From IMG/VR virus record IMGVR_UViG_3300025617_000009, positions 32,001 through 96,000 of that record: a DNA stretch of 64,000 bases; one strand, written 5' to 3'. The stretch comes from a virus. The number at the start of each line of letters is the position of its first letter. Within the stretch, counting starts at the first letter, position 1. The position numbers and the translations under genes are program-made. Of this stretch, positions 1-9,877 are shown piece after piece. The notes under the pieces were generated by a model. That model saw only the letters and a program-made list of their open reading frames with translations. It had not been told where the DNA came from and did not search any database.

Positions 1-1972
1 CTGGGAAGTATTCTGGATCTTGTTTTAAGTATTTTAAAAATTCAACTGCTTCAGACTCTTTTTCAGTAATTTCAGAATCTCTATAGCCTTGTATTTCTGC
101 TACTTTGTTATTGATTTCTTCAATAAACTGTTTAGCATGTTCAATGTACTCTTCACCGTATTCTTTTTCTACCATAGTAAGTACTGCTGTTTCGCCTTTA
201 GGAAACTGAGCATCTTCGGTACTGAAATATTGTAATACAAATTCAGTAACTGGTATTTTTTTCTTTTCTTCGTCACGAGCTTTTTCTTCGCTTTCTTCTT
301 GTCCTGCTTCTTTTTCATGATGTTGTGAAAGTTCAATCCAAAGTGCTCTAGGCTTTAATCCAGCTTCGTCTCTTTCCGCATCGTAATCAGCTTTTACTTC
401 GTCTGGTATGCTAATTTGCTTGCCTCTGCCTGCATCTAATACAGCTTGTGCAAGTTGTTCTTGATATTTTTCGCTGATACCCATGATGCTCATATAAGTT
501 TTTAAATTCATGTGTCCTGATATGCCTGGCTTGCCTGGACTAAACTCGTCGTCATATACAGTAATCAAAGGATTTTCATCTGTAGTATTTCTGTCGCCTT
601 CTGGTGCGTCATCTCTGCCTTCTGCAAACTGCCCCATTAAATCATCGATGCTAGACTCAATTGCTTCATCGTAGCCGCCAAAGTCTTCGTCACCGCCATA
701 CAAGTCTTGATACTCATCGTATGAACTTGGTTGCCCGTCATCGTCGCCGCCTTGATCCTCATAATCGTCACCGTACTGGGCTTTGATTGTTTTTATTGTA
801 TTGATTACAAGATCGTCCATGTCATTCATACTAGACTTTTCATTTTGATAGATAGTATCAATATCCATTTGAACTTTTTCACCGTACTCGCCTTTTAAGG
901 CAGCTTCGATCATATCGTACGCTTCGTCGTCGTCAGTGTCAGCAACTTTCTGTTTGAACTCTTCTGGATCCATTCCTTCACCTAAAAAGTCTTCTGGACC
1001 AATTTCTTCAGCAAGTGTGTTCTCACTTACTAGTTTGTAAATGTAAGGGAATACATCTGCAAGCTCTTCGTTGAACTGACGAATGGTTAACTGATCAATC
1101 CAGTTCTCACGAACTTCATCTGGAACATCTTCCATTACAGTTGTTTCAAAGTTTTCAAATGACTCTTTGTAGAAGTTTGGTCTTTGTAGTCCTTCTACTG
1201 TCTTTTTAATAACACTGACACGATCAATAACAGCATCTAGGTAACCGGATAACCCTTCTGCCATTACGCCTGAACGACTCATGTATGTTTTAAACTTTTT
1301 AAGACTCGATAGTTCTTCTGACAATCCTGTGATATGCTTACCGAAATCATCGTATGGCTTACCGCCTTCTGCTACGTGACGAGCCATTGCTCTTGCACCG
1401 TTAAGATGACGATAAGGGTATTTAAACTTCTCGCCTTCTGTACTTTCAATGTATATCGAACTAATGCCTTGTGTTCTTGACATAGGTACTTCTGGATTTA
1501 CATTTGCTTTGTGCTTGATTACAATACGAGCAGAATCTACATCTTGATAACTTGTTCTGCTAGTTCCGTATAACTTTGATTCGGTCATTTGAGTGTCCCC
1601 GGTATTTGCTAAAAAATTATAATCTCTTTTATTTAGATTAGATTTATTAATATCTCTGATATCAAAATTCAACATACGCTTCTTGGCAAACTGTCTAAGT
1701 TCACGTAAGAAACTGTACCATGTATTTTGTGTTCCTTGATCTTCATTGCTAACGAAATCGTTTGAGTAAGTAACAGTAACGCCATCGTCTTCTGATAGTG
1801 CTACACTAACTTTACCCAATGATCTTCCTTCTGATGTAAAAGTAAAATCAAAAAATCTAGCATCAGTAGGTTCAGTCACTACTTCACCAGATTCGTTTCC
1901 GATTGTTAAGTTGTTAAATCTGCCTCTTATTTTTGAAAACAGATCTTCTGCTATTTTGTCAAGGTTGTTCAT
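1..1972 (-). CDS. Acidic phage protein, probable head/core-associated protein; 3'-truncated by window edge (missing from supplied ORF track)
   Basis: ATG at 1972 (MNNLDKIAEDLFSKIRGRF...), 5 nt behind a TAAATA box; the same frame reads ...KESEAVEFLKYLKQDPEYFP at the left edge; D/E-rich; directly downstream of terminase. Confidence 0.75.
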   Translation of the reverse strand, partial: MNNLDKIAEDLFSKIRGRFNNLTIGNESGEVVTEPTDARFFDFTFTSEGRSLGKVSVALSEDDGVTVTYSNDFVSNEDQGTQNTWYSFLRELRQFAKKRMLNFDIRDINKSNLNKRDYNFLANTGDTQMTESKLYGTSRTSYQDVDSARIVIKHKANVNPEVPMSRTQGISSIYIESTEGEKFKYPYRHLNGARAMARHVAEGGKPYDDFGKHITGLSEELSSLKKFKTYMSRSGVMAEGLSGYLDAVIDRVSVIKKTVEGLQRPNFYKESFENFETTVMEDVPDEVRENWIDQLTIRQFNEELADVFPYIYKLVSENTLAEEIGPEDFLGEGMDPEEFKQKVADTDDDEAYDMIEAALKGEYGEKVQMDIDTIYQNEKSSMNDMDDLVINTIKTIKAQYGDDYEDQGGDDDGQPSSYDEYQDLYGGDEDFGGYDEAIESSIDDLMGQFAEGRDDAPEGDRNTTDENPLITVYDDEFSPGKPGISGHMNLKTYMSIMGISEKYQEQLAQAVLDAGRGKQISIPDEVKADYDAERDEAGLKPRALWIELSQHHEKEAGQEESEEKARDEEKKKIPVTEFVLQYFSTEDAQFPKGETAVLTMVEKEYGEEYIEHAKQFIEEINNKVAEIQGYRDSEITEKESEAVEFLKYLKQDPEYFP

Positions 1973-1977
1973 AGTTG

Positions 1978-1984
1978 TATTTAT
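1978..1984 (-). promoter_or_regulatory. T4-late-like promoter ATAAATA (leaderless class)
   Basis: TGATAAATA-caact-ATG; abuts the terminase stop codon. Confidence 0.7.
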
Positions 1985-3564
1985 CAATAGTTGTTGCTTA
2001 TGAAGATAGGCATTGGCGGTTCATAATCTTCTTCGTGCTCTGCTTGAACAAAAGTATTATACACTCTAGGATCCCAATCTTTGAGTACTGCCATCATTCT
2101 TAATGCAAGCAATGTTGCGCTTATTAAATCATCATTGTGTCCTAGTTTTGCTTGAAAACTAGAGCCTGTTGCTACAAAATTTTTAAGTTCTGATATAAAT
2201 GGTTTGGAATGTATAACCATTTTATCATTTTCGATCATGGTTTTTAGTCGACTACATGCTGTAATTTTTGTAGAGTGTGTTGTGTTAAATCCTTTACGGA
2301 ACTTACGGACATGTCCTTTCCTAATTGGTTCTGATACAAACATTCCTGGAATATTTTCTTCACCAAAGTCATTAATAACAATAAGTGCTGCTTCTCCTAT
2401 GCCGTTGTTTTCCACACTCCAATAAATATTATTTGAAACACCAATTTCTGCTTCAATATATTTGCAGATATCTGCAAGTATTCTTATTTGTCCCGGTATA
2501 GCAGTTTGATTGTGTTGCCATTCTGCTACTTGTTCATAACTAGGTAGTTCAAATACTTGTATAGCAGCATAATCTCCGCCTGTACCCATACTAGGATCAA
2601 GTGCTACTGCGTATGTATATTGACTTGAAGGTTTCTTGTACCAGCGTGTTTGACCCATGTTAAGTATAGGTTTGCCGCCTTCGAGAATGGCAAGTTTAAT
2701 ACTGTTAACCAAAGTTTCGTCAAATACTAGAAATTCGCAGCCGTATTCACGACGAAACTTTTCTTCGCCGATGCGTCCAATTTCTTCTTCTTTCCATTTT
2801 TCATCACGATCAGGATGTTCGTCCCATTGTGCAACAAAACTATGAAAACCATTTATTCCTACTTCAGTTTCGTTGCCATGAGCATCAAACTTTTGTTCTG
2901 CTTGTTTCCAAATAGTAGCAAATGTATCTTCGTCACTGTTAGGTGTGCTGGTAATAATAGCTCTACCACCTGTTGCTAGTGTAGGTGAAATTGATGTCCA
3001 AAACTCTTCCGCAATGTTAGGTTGCACAAATGCAAACTCGTCACAGTATAGTAGCGAGATAGACATACCACGTCCTGTATTGCCTGTTGTTGTTTGTGCA
3101 ACGATACGTGATCCGTTTTCGAATTCAATTGATTGTTTGTTGTAACTTGTAACACCTGCTCTAATATGATCTGGACAAGTTTCATAAACATATCGAATAC
3201 GTGACATAATCTCTTGCGCACCTGTGTACTTGTGTGCAGCAACTAGAATGGTTTGGTCTGGATTAAACATTGCATACCAGGCAAGATAGATACTAGCACA
3301 CGTAGTTTTACCAGTTTGTCTAGGCATCATGTTAATATTAAATCGATAGTTATGATAGCTATACATTAGACGTAACTGATATTCATACGGATCGAACAAC
3401 AACTTGCCTCTTACCGGATGTTGAATGTATGCAAACTTACGAGCAAAATAAAGGTATCCGTTATCAGGATCCATACACTGAGCTAAGTCATTGATTTGCT
3501 CTTCTGTGTATGTTTCTCGTTGATTTGCTTTTTTGGTTAGTACACCGTCTAAACTTTTCGCCAT
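1984..3564 (-). CDS. terL: Terminase large subunit (T4 gp17-like)
   Basis: Walker A PRQTGKTT, Walker B LLYCDEFAF, coupling motif ITSTPN, RNase H-fold nuclease motifs ALDPSMG / VENNGIG / HNDDL. Confidence 0.96.
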   Translation of the reverse strand: MAKSLDGVLTKKANQRETYTEEQINDLAQCMDPDNGYLYFARKFAYIQHPVRGKLLFDPYEYQLRLMYSYHNYRFNINMMPRQTGKTTCASIYLAWYAMFNPDQTILVAAHKYTGAQEIMSRIRYVYETCPDHIRAGVTSYNKQSIEFENGSRIVAQTTTGNTGRGMSISLLYCDEFAFVQPNIAEEFWTSISPTLATGGRAIITSTPNSDEDTFATIWKQAEQKFDAHGNETEVGINGFHSFVAQWDEHPDRDEKWKEEEIGRIGEEKFRREYGCEFLVFDETLVNSIKLAILEGGKPILNMGQTRWYKKPSSQYTYAVALDPSMGTGGDYAAIQVFELPSYEQVAEWQHNQTAIPGQIRILADICKYIEAEIGVSNNIYWSVENNGIGEAALIVINDFGEENIPGMFVSEPIRKGHVRKFRKGFNTTHSTKITACSRLKTMIENDKMVIHSKPFISELKNFVATGSSFQAKLGHNDDLISATLLALRMMAVLKDWDPRVYNTFVQAEHEEDYEPPMPIFISNNY

Positions 3565-3569
3565 GTATA

Positions 3570-3575
3570 TATTTA
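3570..3575 (-). promoter_or_regulatory. Late promoter TAAATA (leaderless class) for terL
   Basis: TAAATA-tatac-ATG, no SD. Confidence 0.65.
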
Positions 3576-3580
3576 ACCAT

Positions 3581-3605
3581 AAAAAAAGCCCCTTGCGGAG
3601 CTTTT
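3581..3605 (-). terminator. Intrinsic terminator
   Basis: Minus strand AAAAGCTCC-GCAA-GGGGCTTTTTTT: stem, GNRA tetraloop and U-tract, just after the 60-aa ORF stop. Confidence 0.8.
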
Positions 3606-3608
3606 GAT

Positions 3609-3791
3609 TTATCCTGCGTCAATACAGTTGTTAACTCGTTTGCCGCCTTTCATTTTAGTTGGCTTTGTAGGATGTATTTTCTTACCATCCCAACAAGCTG
3701 GTCCGCCTGCTGGTGATTTTTTACCTTTTTTCTTGTTGCTACTTTTCTTGCCTTTTCTTTCAGCAATATCTATAACTTCAAAAATTTTCAT
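3609..3791 (-). CDS. Small Lys-rich putative internal head peptide
   Basis: MKIFEVIDIAE leader then very basic region with CWDG...NNC; ATG overlaps upstream stop; followed by a terminator. Confidence 0.65.
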   Translation of the reverse strand: MKIFEVIDIAERKGKKSSNKKKGKKSPAGGPACWDGKKIHPTKPTKMKGGKRVNNCIDAG

Positions 3792-5257
3792 TTTTTCTTG
3801 CTGCCTTTTTCAGCAGTAGCCTTTGCAATAGCAGCTCTGCGGTTCTTTAGATACTTGTCTGATTTAGTATTCTCTTCACCGTCATTATCGACATCATCAT
3901 CTTCTTGGCCGACAGGATCCATTTTTTCAGCAAGTGCCTTGAGTAGTTGACTCTTGATGCTTTCTACAGCCATTGCATTGTCGCCATCTTGTGCGGCTGC
4001 ATATGCCTTTTTCTCGCGATTCAATCCGCCTGATAAATCTTTGTACATGTATTTGGCGTCTTTGTATTCTTCGTCGCCTTCACTGCCTTGTGGTGAGTTA
4101 GCCCATTCAGACATGCCTCTAAAATTATTAAGTATATCGCTGACCATATCGGATCTGTAGTCTTTGGACATATTCATCATATTCAAAACACTTTCTAAAT
4201 CTAGACTTTTTAATGCAGCGCCGATGTTTTTGTAGATTTCATCGTCTGATGCATCCTCTGATACACCCATCTTTTTTAATTCTTGAGCAACTGAAGTTGC
4301 TGTGTCTTCACCAGCTTCTTGGACGTCTAACCCAGCATTTTTTCTTATAGAATTTATTTCTACATTTTCGCTAGACTTTTTTTCTACAGGATTATTTTTT
4401 GCGAAGTCTTTAAGTGCCTCGACTGCATCACCAAATGTACAGTCGTCATCAACTCCGCATCTTGGCACAACTGTTTCGTCACCATATACTAAATCTGCAT
4501 CATCAAAGTAAACTTCTTCACTATCAACACCTGCCGCTGCTGCAAGTGCATTAGAAACATCTGGTTGATATGCATATTTCATTATACTTGGCATTGATTG
4601 TTTACGATCATACTTGACTGGTTCTCTTCGCGGTGATTTTCGTGGTTCTGATCCAAATTCAAAACTTTCTGCCTGTCCGCGAAGTTCTGCTCTTGCTTTC
4701 TTTAGCATTTCAAAATCATCCCCAGCACGAAGACTATCATCGCCTGAGCCAAATGCCATTTGATATAATTCTTTGTCTGAGGCGTTTTTGACTTTTTCCT
4801 GCATTTCTGGGCTGAGCTTCATATCGCTAACAACACCTTCTTCCATACTTTCTTCCTTAGGATCAGCAATGATACTACGTAACTTGCTCATATCAGAATT
4901 GATATCTAGATCAGGTTGATGATCACCGTCCATATCAACGTCTAAGATGCCGTCGCCTTTGTCTAGTTGCTTCGCACCTGAAAGTCCTGCAGATTGCATA
5001 AGAGATAATAAGTCGTCAACGTGATCTTTACCGCTTGCATTTAGACTTACATTCATTGTAACAGGCTGTCCTTGTGGTTCCTGTGGTGGCATAGCCGCTG
5101 GAGGCATTTGACTTGGAATAGCTGGTACAGGTGCTTCTGACACTGCATTGAAAGATTCTAAGATTGCTTTCATACCGCCGGTGTCTTGTGTGCTTGTTGA
5201 TTCACCTTTTTCTGCTGAATCAAAATTCTTTAAAATGTCTAACATGTTGTCGCTCAT
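3788..5257 (-). CDS. Acidic low-complexity putative prohead core/internal protein
   Basis: 489 aa, D/E-rich, DDDVDNDGE motif, basic tail, several hydrophobic-x-E sites; located between terS and terL. Confidence 0.55.
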   Translation of the reverse strand: MSDNMLDILKNFDSAEKGESTSTQDTGGMKAILESFNAVSEAPVPAIPSQMPPAAMPPQEPQGQPVTMNVSLNASGKDHVDDLLSLMQSAGLSGAKQLDKGDGILDVDMDGDHQPDLDINSDMSKLRSIIADPKEESMEEGVVSDMKLSPEMQEKVKNASDKELYQMAFGSGDDSLRAGDDFEMLKKARAELRGQAESFEFGSEPRKSPRREPVKYDRKQSMPSIMKYAYQPDVSNALAAAAGVDSEEVYFDDADLVYGDETVVPRCGVDDDCTFGDAVEALKDFAKNNPVEKKSSENVEINSIRKNAGLDVQEAGEDTATSVAQELKKMGVSEDASDDEIYKNIGAALKSLDLESVLNMMNMSKDYRSDMVSDILNNFRGMSEWANSPQGSEGDEEYKDAKYMYKDLSGGLNREKKAYAAAQDGDNAMAVESIKSQLLKALAEKMDPVGQEDDDVDNDGEENTKSDKYLKNRRAAIAKATAEKGSKKK

Positions 5258-5259
5258 AA

Positions 5260-5829
5260 TTAACTTCCTAGTGGGCTTTTTGAATTTTCTGTGTCGTCAA
5301 TGTCAGCACTTTCGCCTTTTGGAGCACCTTCCATTGGGTCGTTTTCTTTTTCTTTACGAACTTGTTCTAGTTCTTTGAGCAAGTCCATTACACGATTACT
5401 GCCTACAGTGTCTTGTGCAGAGTTTTCAGCTGCACCTTTTTCCATTTCTTCTGTAGTTAGTAATGCTTCATATGGTTCGTTTGATTTTGCTTCTTGATAT
5501 TCTTCTTGTGCTTCACCAACTCCGCGAACAATAAGATGGCTTACAGGAATATCACAACAATACGGAATGTACTGTTCTAATACTTGTCTAGTAGTTGGAT
5601 AGTTTAAACTTACTTCAAAGTACGTAACTTCCATGTTTTGCAGTTGTGGGAAATCCAAAGGACGCTCTTGAATAGGAGTTTTCTTACCACTACTCATGTT
5701 TGCAACACTAAACTTTTGTAATGCTGTTTCTATTTTATCTACGCAACCTTCTGGTAGCTCACCAGCAACTCCAATCTTGAAGTCATAGGTCTTTTTTGAT
5801 TCTGTTAAATATTCTACTAAACTTTTCAT
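5260..5829 (-). CDS. Putative internal head protein with T4 CTS-like N-terminus
   Basis: MKSLVEYLTE resembles the T4 IPIII capsid-targeting sequence MKTYQEFIAE; late promoter directly upstream. Confidence 0.6.
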   Translation of the reverse strand: MKSLVEYLTESKKTYDFKIGVAGELPEGCVDKIETALQKFSVANMSSGKKTPIQERPLDFPQLQNMEVTYFEVSLNYPTTRQVLEQYIPYCCDIPVSHLIVRGVGEAQEEYQEAKSNEPYEALLTTEEMEKGAAENSAQDTVGSNRVMDLLKELEQVRKEKENDPMEGAPKGESADIDDTENSKSPLGS

Positions 5830-5833
5830 AATA

Positions 5834-6340
5834 TTATTTATCCTTGTCTAACCCTTTTAGACGTTCTAGAAGACTGTTTCTATCAGTTACTACGTAACCT
5901 TCTCCATTGATTAAACCAGCATCTTCAATGGACGAATCCTTGTCCATCTTTTCTTTTTTAAGTTGTAGTTCAACCATCTTGAGTTTTTTATCTAACTTAG
6001 CAACTTTACTGTCTAGGTTAGTTTTTAAGAAAGTACTAGCAACTTCAAACACTCTGCCTGAGTATCTGCTTTCTACATTCATGCCAAGATCCATTAAATC
6101 TTCGTAGGCTTGCATGGCTTTGTCTGCAACGATGTCCAGTTCTTCATCCGCCATGTCGCCTAGCCCTTTTACTTTAGGCAAGGCTGAAGCAATCTTGTCA
6201 AACTCTGCAATCTCTCTTACAACTTCTTTGTTTTTTTGACTGGGAGTTTTAGGCTTTTCTTTTGCTTGTTCAACAAACTCTTGGTTCTCAGGTAAGTTTA
6301 ATAAATCTTCTAGTTTCTTAGTCATAGTTTTTTCCAGCAT
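5834..6340 (-). CDS. terS: Probable terminase small subunit (T4 gp16-like); alternative start 6325
   Basis: Helical core ...SRYSGRVFEVASTFLKTNLD...LDKKLK resembles the gp16 PRAYEVAGQLIK motif; C-terminal DRNSLLERL; size and position near terL. Confidence 0.65.
   Translation of the reverse strand: MLEKTMTKKLEDLLNLPENQEFVEQAKEKPKTPSQKNKEVVREIAEFDKIASALPKVKGLGDMADEELDIVADKAMQAYEDLMDLGMNVESRYSGRVFEVASTFLKTNLDSKVAKLDKKLKMVELQLKKEKMDKDSSIEDAGLINGEGYVVTDRNSLLERLKGLDKDK
5835..5841 (-). promoter_or_regulatory. Late promoter ATAAATA (leaderless class)
   Basis: GATAAATA-atatt-ATG; overlaps the upstream gene's last codons and stop. Confidence 0.65.
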
Positions 6341-6353
6341 TATATGCTACTAT

Positions 6354-6360
6354 TATTTAT
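6354..6360 (-). promoter_or_regulatory. Late promoter ATAAATA
   Basis: Overlaps the gp4 stop, upstream of terS. Confidence 0.6.
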
Positions 6361-6794
6361 CTACGTCTTCCTTGATGGAAAATATCCTTTTCGCTAATGA
6401 CTCTAAAGCGTATTCCTTTTTGTTTACACCATGAGTTAGCAGCTTCCCACTTGGCTTGATTCATTACCCAATGTGCTTGATTATGTTTTGATGTGCCTAG
6501 TTTTTCTTTCAGTGTTTGATTTTCTGGTTTGACTTCTATCAGTTCTACTAGTTTTTTACCATTTTTATCTGCATACGCAATAAAGAAGTCTGGTACATAT
6601 ATTGTTTGCTTGCCGCTTAAAGGATTACGATACGGAATCTTTATTGCTTCACTTGCCCATTTTTCTACACTAGGATGCTCGTCGCAGAACCGCATAAATG
6701 CAAACTCCCAACTTGAACGATAGGTAGGAGTTTTGTTACCCATGTACTTTTCTGGGTTTTTAAGATTAAATTTTCCTTGAGCAAATCTAGACAT
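6357..6794 (-). CDS. gp4: Head completion nuclease (T4 gp4, TnsA-like)
   Basis: NPEKYMG, YRSSWE, WASE, YVPDF, IEVKP, NQAKWEAA motifs. Confidence 0.93.
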   Translation of the reverse strand: MSRFAQGKFNLKNPEKYMGNKTPTYRSSWEFAFMRFCDEHPSVEKWASEAIKIPYRNPLSGKQTIYVPDFFIAYADKNGKKLVELIEVKPENQTLKEKLGTSKHNQAHWVMNQAKWEAANSWCKQKGIRFRVISEKDIFHQGRRR

Positions 6795-6799
6795 ATCAT

Positions 6800-9700
6800 T
6801 TAATTAAATTTAAAACTTACAGGATAAAACTCGCTAGACCCTGTATTTGACAGCGTTCCTCCATTACTAGGATCTAACCATACTATTTTTTCAACTATAG
6901 ATGATCCAGCATACCAAATCCATAATCCAGTAGGCTCGCTAGGATTGAGTGTAATAGTGCCAGAACTTAGATTAGCATATTCGCCGTCACTATCACCCGA
7001 ATACTGTCTACCTATTTTTGTATCTTTAGTCACAGTAAGTTCTACAGTATCGCCTACAAAATAAGTTTTTGTTTTGATAGTATTGTTAAGAAAAATTCTA
7101 TCAGGTCCTTCAGTATAAAATGTGCCAGTAGATATTGAATAGGTTTGATTAGGTGTGTCATCATAGAACGGTGCCCAATTATCTCCTGTAAAACTTGGAA
7201 TAGCATTACCTGCACTATCGGTTGCACTAGTAATATTCACAGTCATAAAATTACCTTTAAGGACTGGTCCCGCTTTAAGTGTAAAAACCCAAGTAGGAGT
7301 TGTTCGCATTGAGTTATCAATAGTTGGTGTATCAGTTACGGTTAATGTGCCTGTGGGATTATCAAAATAATCACTGGCATTACCTTGATCGACAGTGATT
7401 TCATAATCAAAAGTAGTACCCGCAGGAATGTTATATAGTATTGCATATATGCCTAGTTTGGCTCCTGGTGGGTAATAATAGTCGGTCGTTGATCCGCTTA
7501 CTAAAGAGTATACTCTTCCACTTGAACTAGTATCCCAGTACAGTTGTACTCTAGACCAATCAGGCGTTCTAGTTGTTCCGTCATCTATTACGTTAATTGT
7601 TAATGAATCCTGGTTGGCTCCGTCGTCGACAGAAATAGTCAACGTTTGTGTAGATTCTATTGCTTCGTTTTGAAGAACAAAAAAACTTGCTGTGCCTGTA
7701 TTGTTGTTTATTATAAAATATTGACGTCCTGGAATTCCGTCACCGCTGCCGTCACTCAATTCGTAGTACCAATTTCCGCTAGTTGATGTTATGTTAAATG
7801 GAACTATAGTTCCATCTGGAACATTTGTTGTAGTAAGTGTAACAACAAACGTGCCGTCTCCTTCTGTTACTGTGCTCGGACCTGATAACGTGTATGTTCT
7901 TGTAGGCACAGGAATACCACTAGGTAATAATGTAATTTTAGCTGCATTAGGATTTAAAGTTAAATAGTTTTCCATGCTTGTGTATTGTTCGTAGTTGAAT
8001 GTAGAACTAGACGTCCCAGGTACTAATAAGATTGATCTTGATTGAGTTGCATTTATGTTTTTAGTAGGGATTGTAATTTTAGTAACAGTATACATAGGCA
8101 CAGCATCACTTGGCACATTACGAACAAGTTCTCCTGTGCTATAATATAGTCTTTGTAAAGTACCGGTTTCCCAGTTTAAAGAATCATATCTGTCATCTGT
8201 ATCAGGAGTGTTATCCCATTCCCAAGGATAGAATGACCAATAATCGTCGGTGTTTTCAGAATCATGAAATACATATAACTCTAAATCTTCACCTTCTGTG
8301 ATAGTTGTTTTAGGATATTTTACAAAAAAGTTTATAGCTCTATCTGAATCGCCATTGCTCATTGTAAGTTTTTTTGTAGATATAAAAGGTGCTTTTAGAA
8401 GTTTATTCGGACCGCCGAATATTGTTGATGACGATGTATAATCATCTGTCTGTCCAGTACCTTTCATATGATTGTCCCAAGCAAGTTGTACAATATAATC
8501 TTTAAACTGGTAATGATTCCATTTACGCCTTGCTTCTGCAAGTTGGGCAATTACTCCAGTAACTTGCGGACATGCCATCGACGTGCCAGAAATTGCAATA
8601 GCTTTATAGTTAGAATCTAAGACATAGTTGCCTCTATAATCATTATTGTATTGATCCCATATTGTACAACCTTCAGGTATAGCTCCCATAATCCAACTTC
8701 CAGGTGCATATAAATCTACTCCTGGACCTGCATTACTAAAACTCGATCTTATATTGTTTGTTGGAGGGTTCCAGCCACTAGTACTTCCGTTACCAAAATC
8801 CATGGCTCCTACAGTTATTACGTCTCCGTGACCTGGAGTTGTTCCTCTGTGATAATATCTAGTACCATATACACTTGAAGTCCAGTAGTTGTCGTAGTCA
8901 TCGCCTCCTGGAATATCTACCTTGTGTTTGTCATTACCTGCTGCGGCAACAACTATTATTCCTGCATCAATACAGTCTTGTATATCAGCATCAACAGAAG
9001 CAAAGTGTACAGGAAAAATATAATCTCCGTCAACATTTTGTTGTGATTCTACCATGCCGTATTGCGATTGCATGGTAGTTGCTGTCCAAGGAGTTCCTCG
9101 ATAATTGCCGCCTGTGATATTTGTATACGGAGCAAAATACCCCCAGCTGTTACTCATTATTGTAGGATTGTCGTTGCTTTTATTCAAATGCCATAATCTC
9201 ATTAAATTAATAGCAAGACTTGTTCCAAATGCATCTGTATCAAAAATTTTAATGGCATAGATGTTAGCAGAAGGAGCCCATCCAAATCTTGCTCCTGCGG
9301 CAGTACTTGAACAATGTGTGCCATGACCGTACTGGTCTGTATAGTGCTGAGGTCCTTGTGTATATGAGCCAGATAAACCCGCTTCTGCAGGCCAATCAAC
9401 TTGTTGAAGTCTACTTACACCTGTAATGGGATCTTTCCATTCAGGATGATCTGCAAGGATACCGCTATCACAGATTACAATGTCTACATTTTTTCCAGAA
9501 GCAGTTATACCATCAACCCATCCGTCTGGACGCAATGTAAAACTTCGAGTACCGTGTGTACTCATCCATTTACCCCAGTCAGTTTTGTCTGCGTCGTAAA
9601 ATCCCTGAATGGATGTTCTATTTCCTGTTCGTCCAATATTATGAAGTAGTTCGCCGCCGTTTTCTATTTTAGAACCTACTCGTACATCTATAACACGACT

Positions 9701-9868
9701 ATCTGTTTTTAAATCTTCAACTTGTTCTGCAGTCATTAATAGATCAAAATTACGCAAACTTTCTGGCTTTTCATTATGCACAGTAAAGCCAGCATCGTGC
9801 ATTTCTTGCATGAAGTTTGCTTTGTCTATGCCTTTATGAAGAGTAACTACACAGCGTTGTTCAGACAT
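6800..9868 (-). CDS. Virion-associated subtilisin-like (S8) peptidase with C-terminal beta-sandwich/Calx-beta-like domains
   Basis: Catalytic triad ICDSG / GHGTHCSS / SGTSMACP, oxyanion AAAGN, N-terminal I9-like prodomain; beta-rich C-terminal half. Confidence 0.9.
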   Translation of the reverse strand: MSEQRCVVTLHKGIDKANFMQEMHDAGFTVHNEKPESLRNFDLLMTAEQVEDLKTDSRVIDVRVGSKIENGGELLHNIGRTGNRTSIQGFYDADKTDWGKWMSTHGTRSFTLRPDGWVDGITASGKNVDIVICDSGILADHPEWKDPITGVSRLQQVDWPAEAGLSGSYTQGPQHYTDQYGHGTHCSSTAAGARFGWAPSANIYAIKIFDTDAFGTSLAINLMRLWHLNKSNDNPTIMSNSWGYFAPYTNITGGNYRGTPWTATTMQSQYGMVESQQNVDGDYIFPVHFASVDADIQDCIDAGIIVVAAAGNDKHKVDIPGGDDYDNYWTSSVYGTRYYHRGTTPGHGDVITVGAMDFGNGSTSGWNPPTNNIRSSFSNAGPGVDLYAPGSWIMGAIPEGCTIWDQYNNDYRGNYVLDSNYKAIAISGTSMACPQVTGVIAQLAEARRKWNHYQFKDYIVQLAWDNHMKGTGQTDDYTSSSTIFGGPNKLLKAPFISTKKLTMSNGDSDRAINFFVKYPKTTITEGEDLELYVFHDSENTDDYWSFYPWEWDNTPDTDDRYDSLNWETGTLQRLYYSTGELVRNVPSDAVPMYTVTKITIPTKNINATQSRSILLVPGTSSSTFNYEQYTSMENYLTLNPNAAKITLLPSGIPVPTRTYTLSGPSTVTEGDGTFVVTLTTTNVPDGTIVPFNITSTSGNWYYELSDGSGDGIPGRQYFIINNNTGTASFFVLQNEAIESTQTLTISVDDGANQDSLTINVIDDGTTRTPDWSRVQLYWDTSSSGRVYSLVSGSTTDYYYPPGAKLGIYAILYNIPAGTTFDYEITVDQGNASDYFDNPTGTLTVTDTPTIDNSMRTTPTWVFTLKAGPVLKGNFMTVNITSATDSAGNAIPSFTGDNWAPFYDDTPNQTYSISTGTFYTEGPDRIFLNNTIKTKTYFVGDTVELTVTKDTKIGRQYSGDSDGEYANLSSGTITLNPSEPTGLWIWYAGSSIVEKIVWLDPSNGGTLSNTGSSEFYPVSFKFN

Positions 9869-9877
9869 CTAAGTTCC

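Noticed and set aside
1984-3564. Intein or intron in terminase
   Set aside because: Normal length, contiguous motifs, no splice-junction motifs
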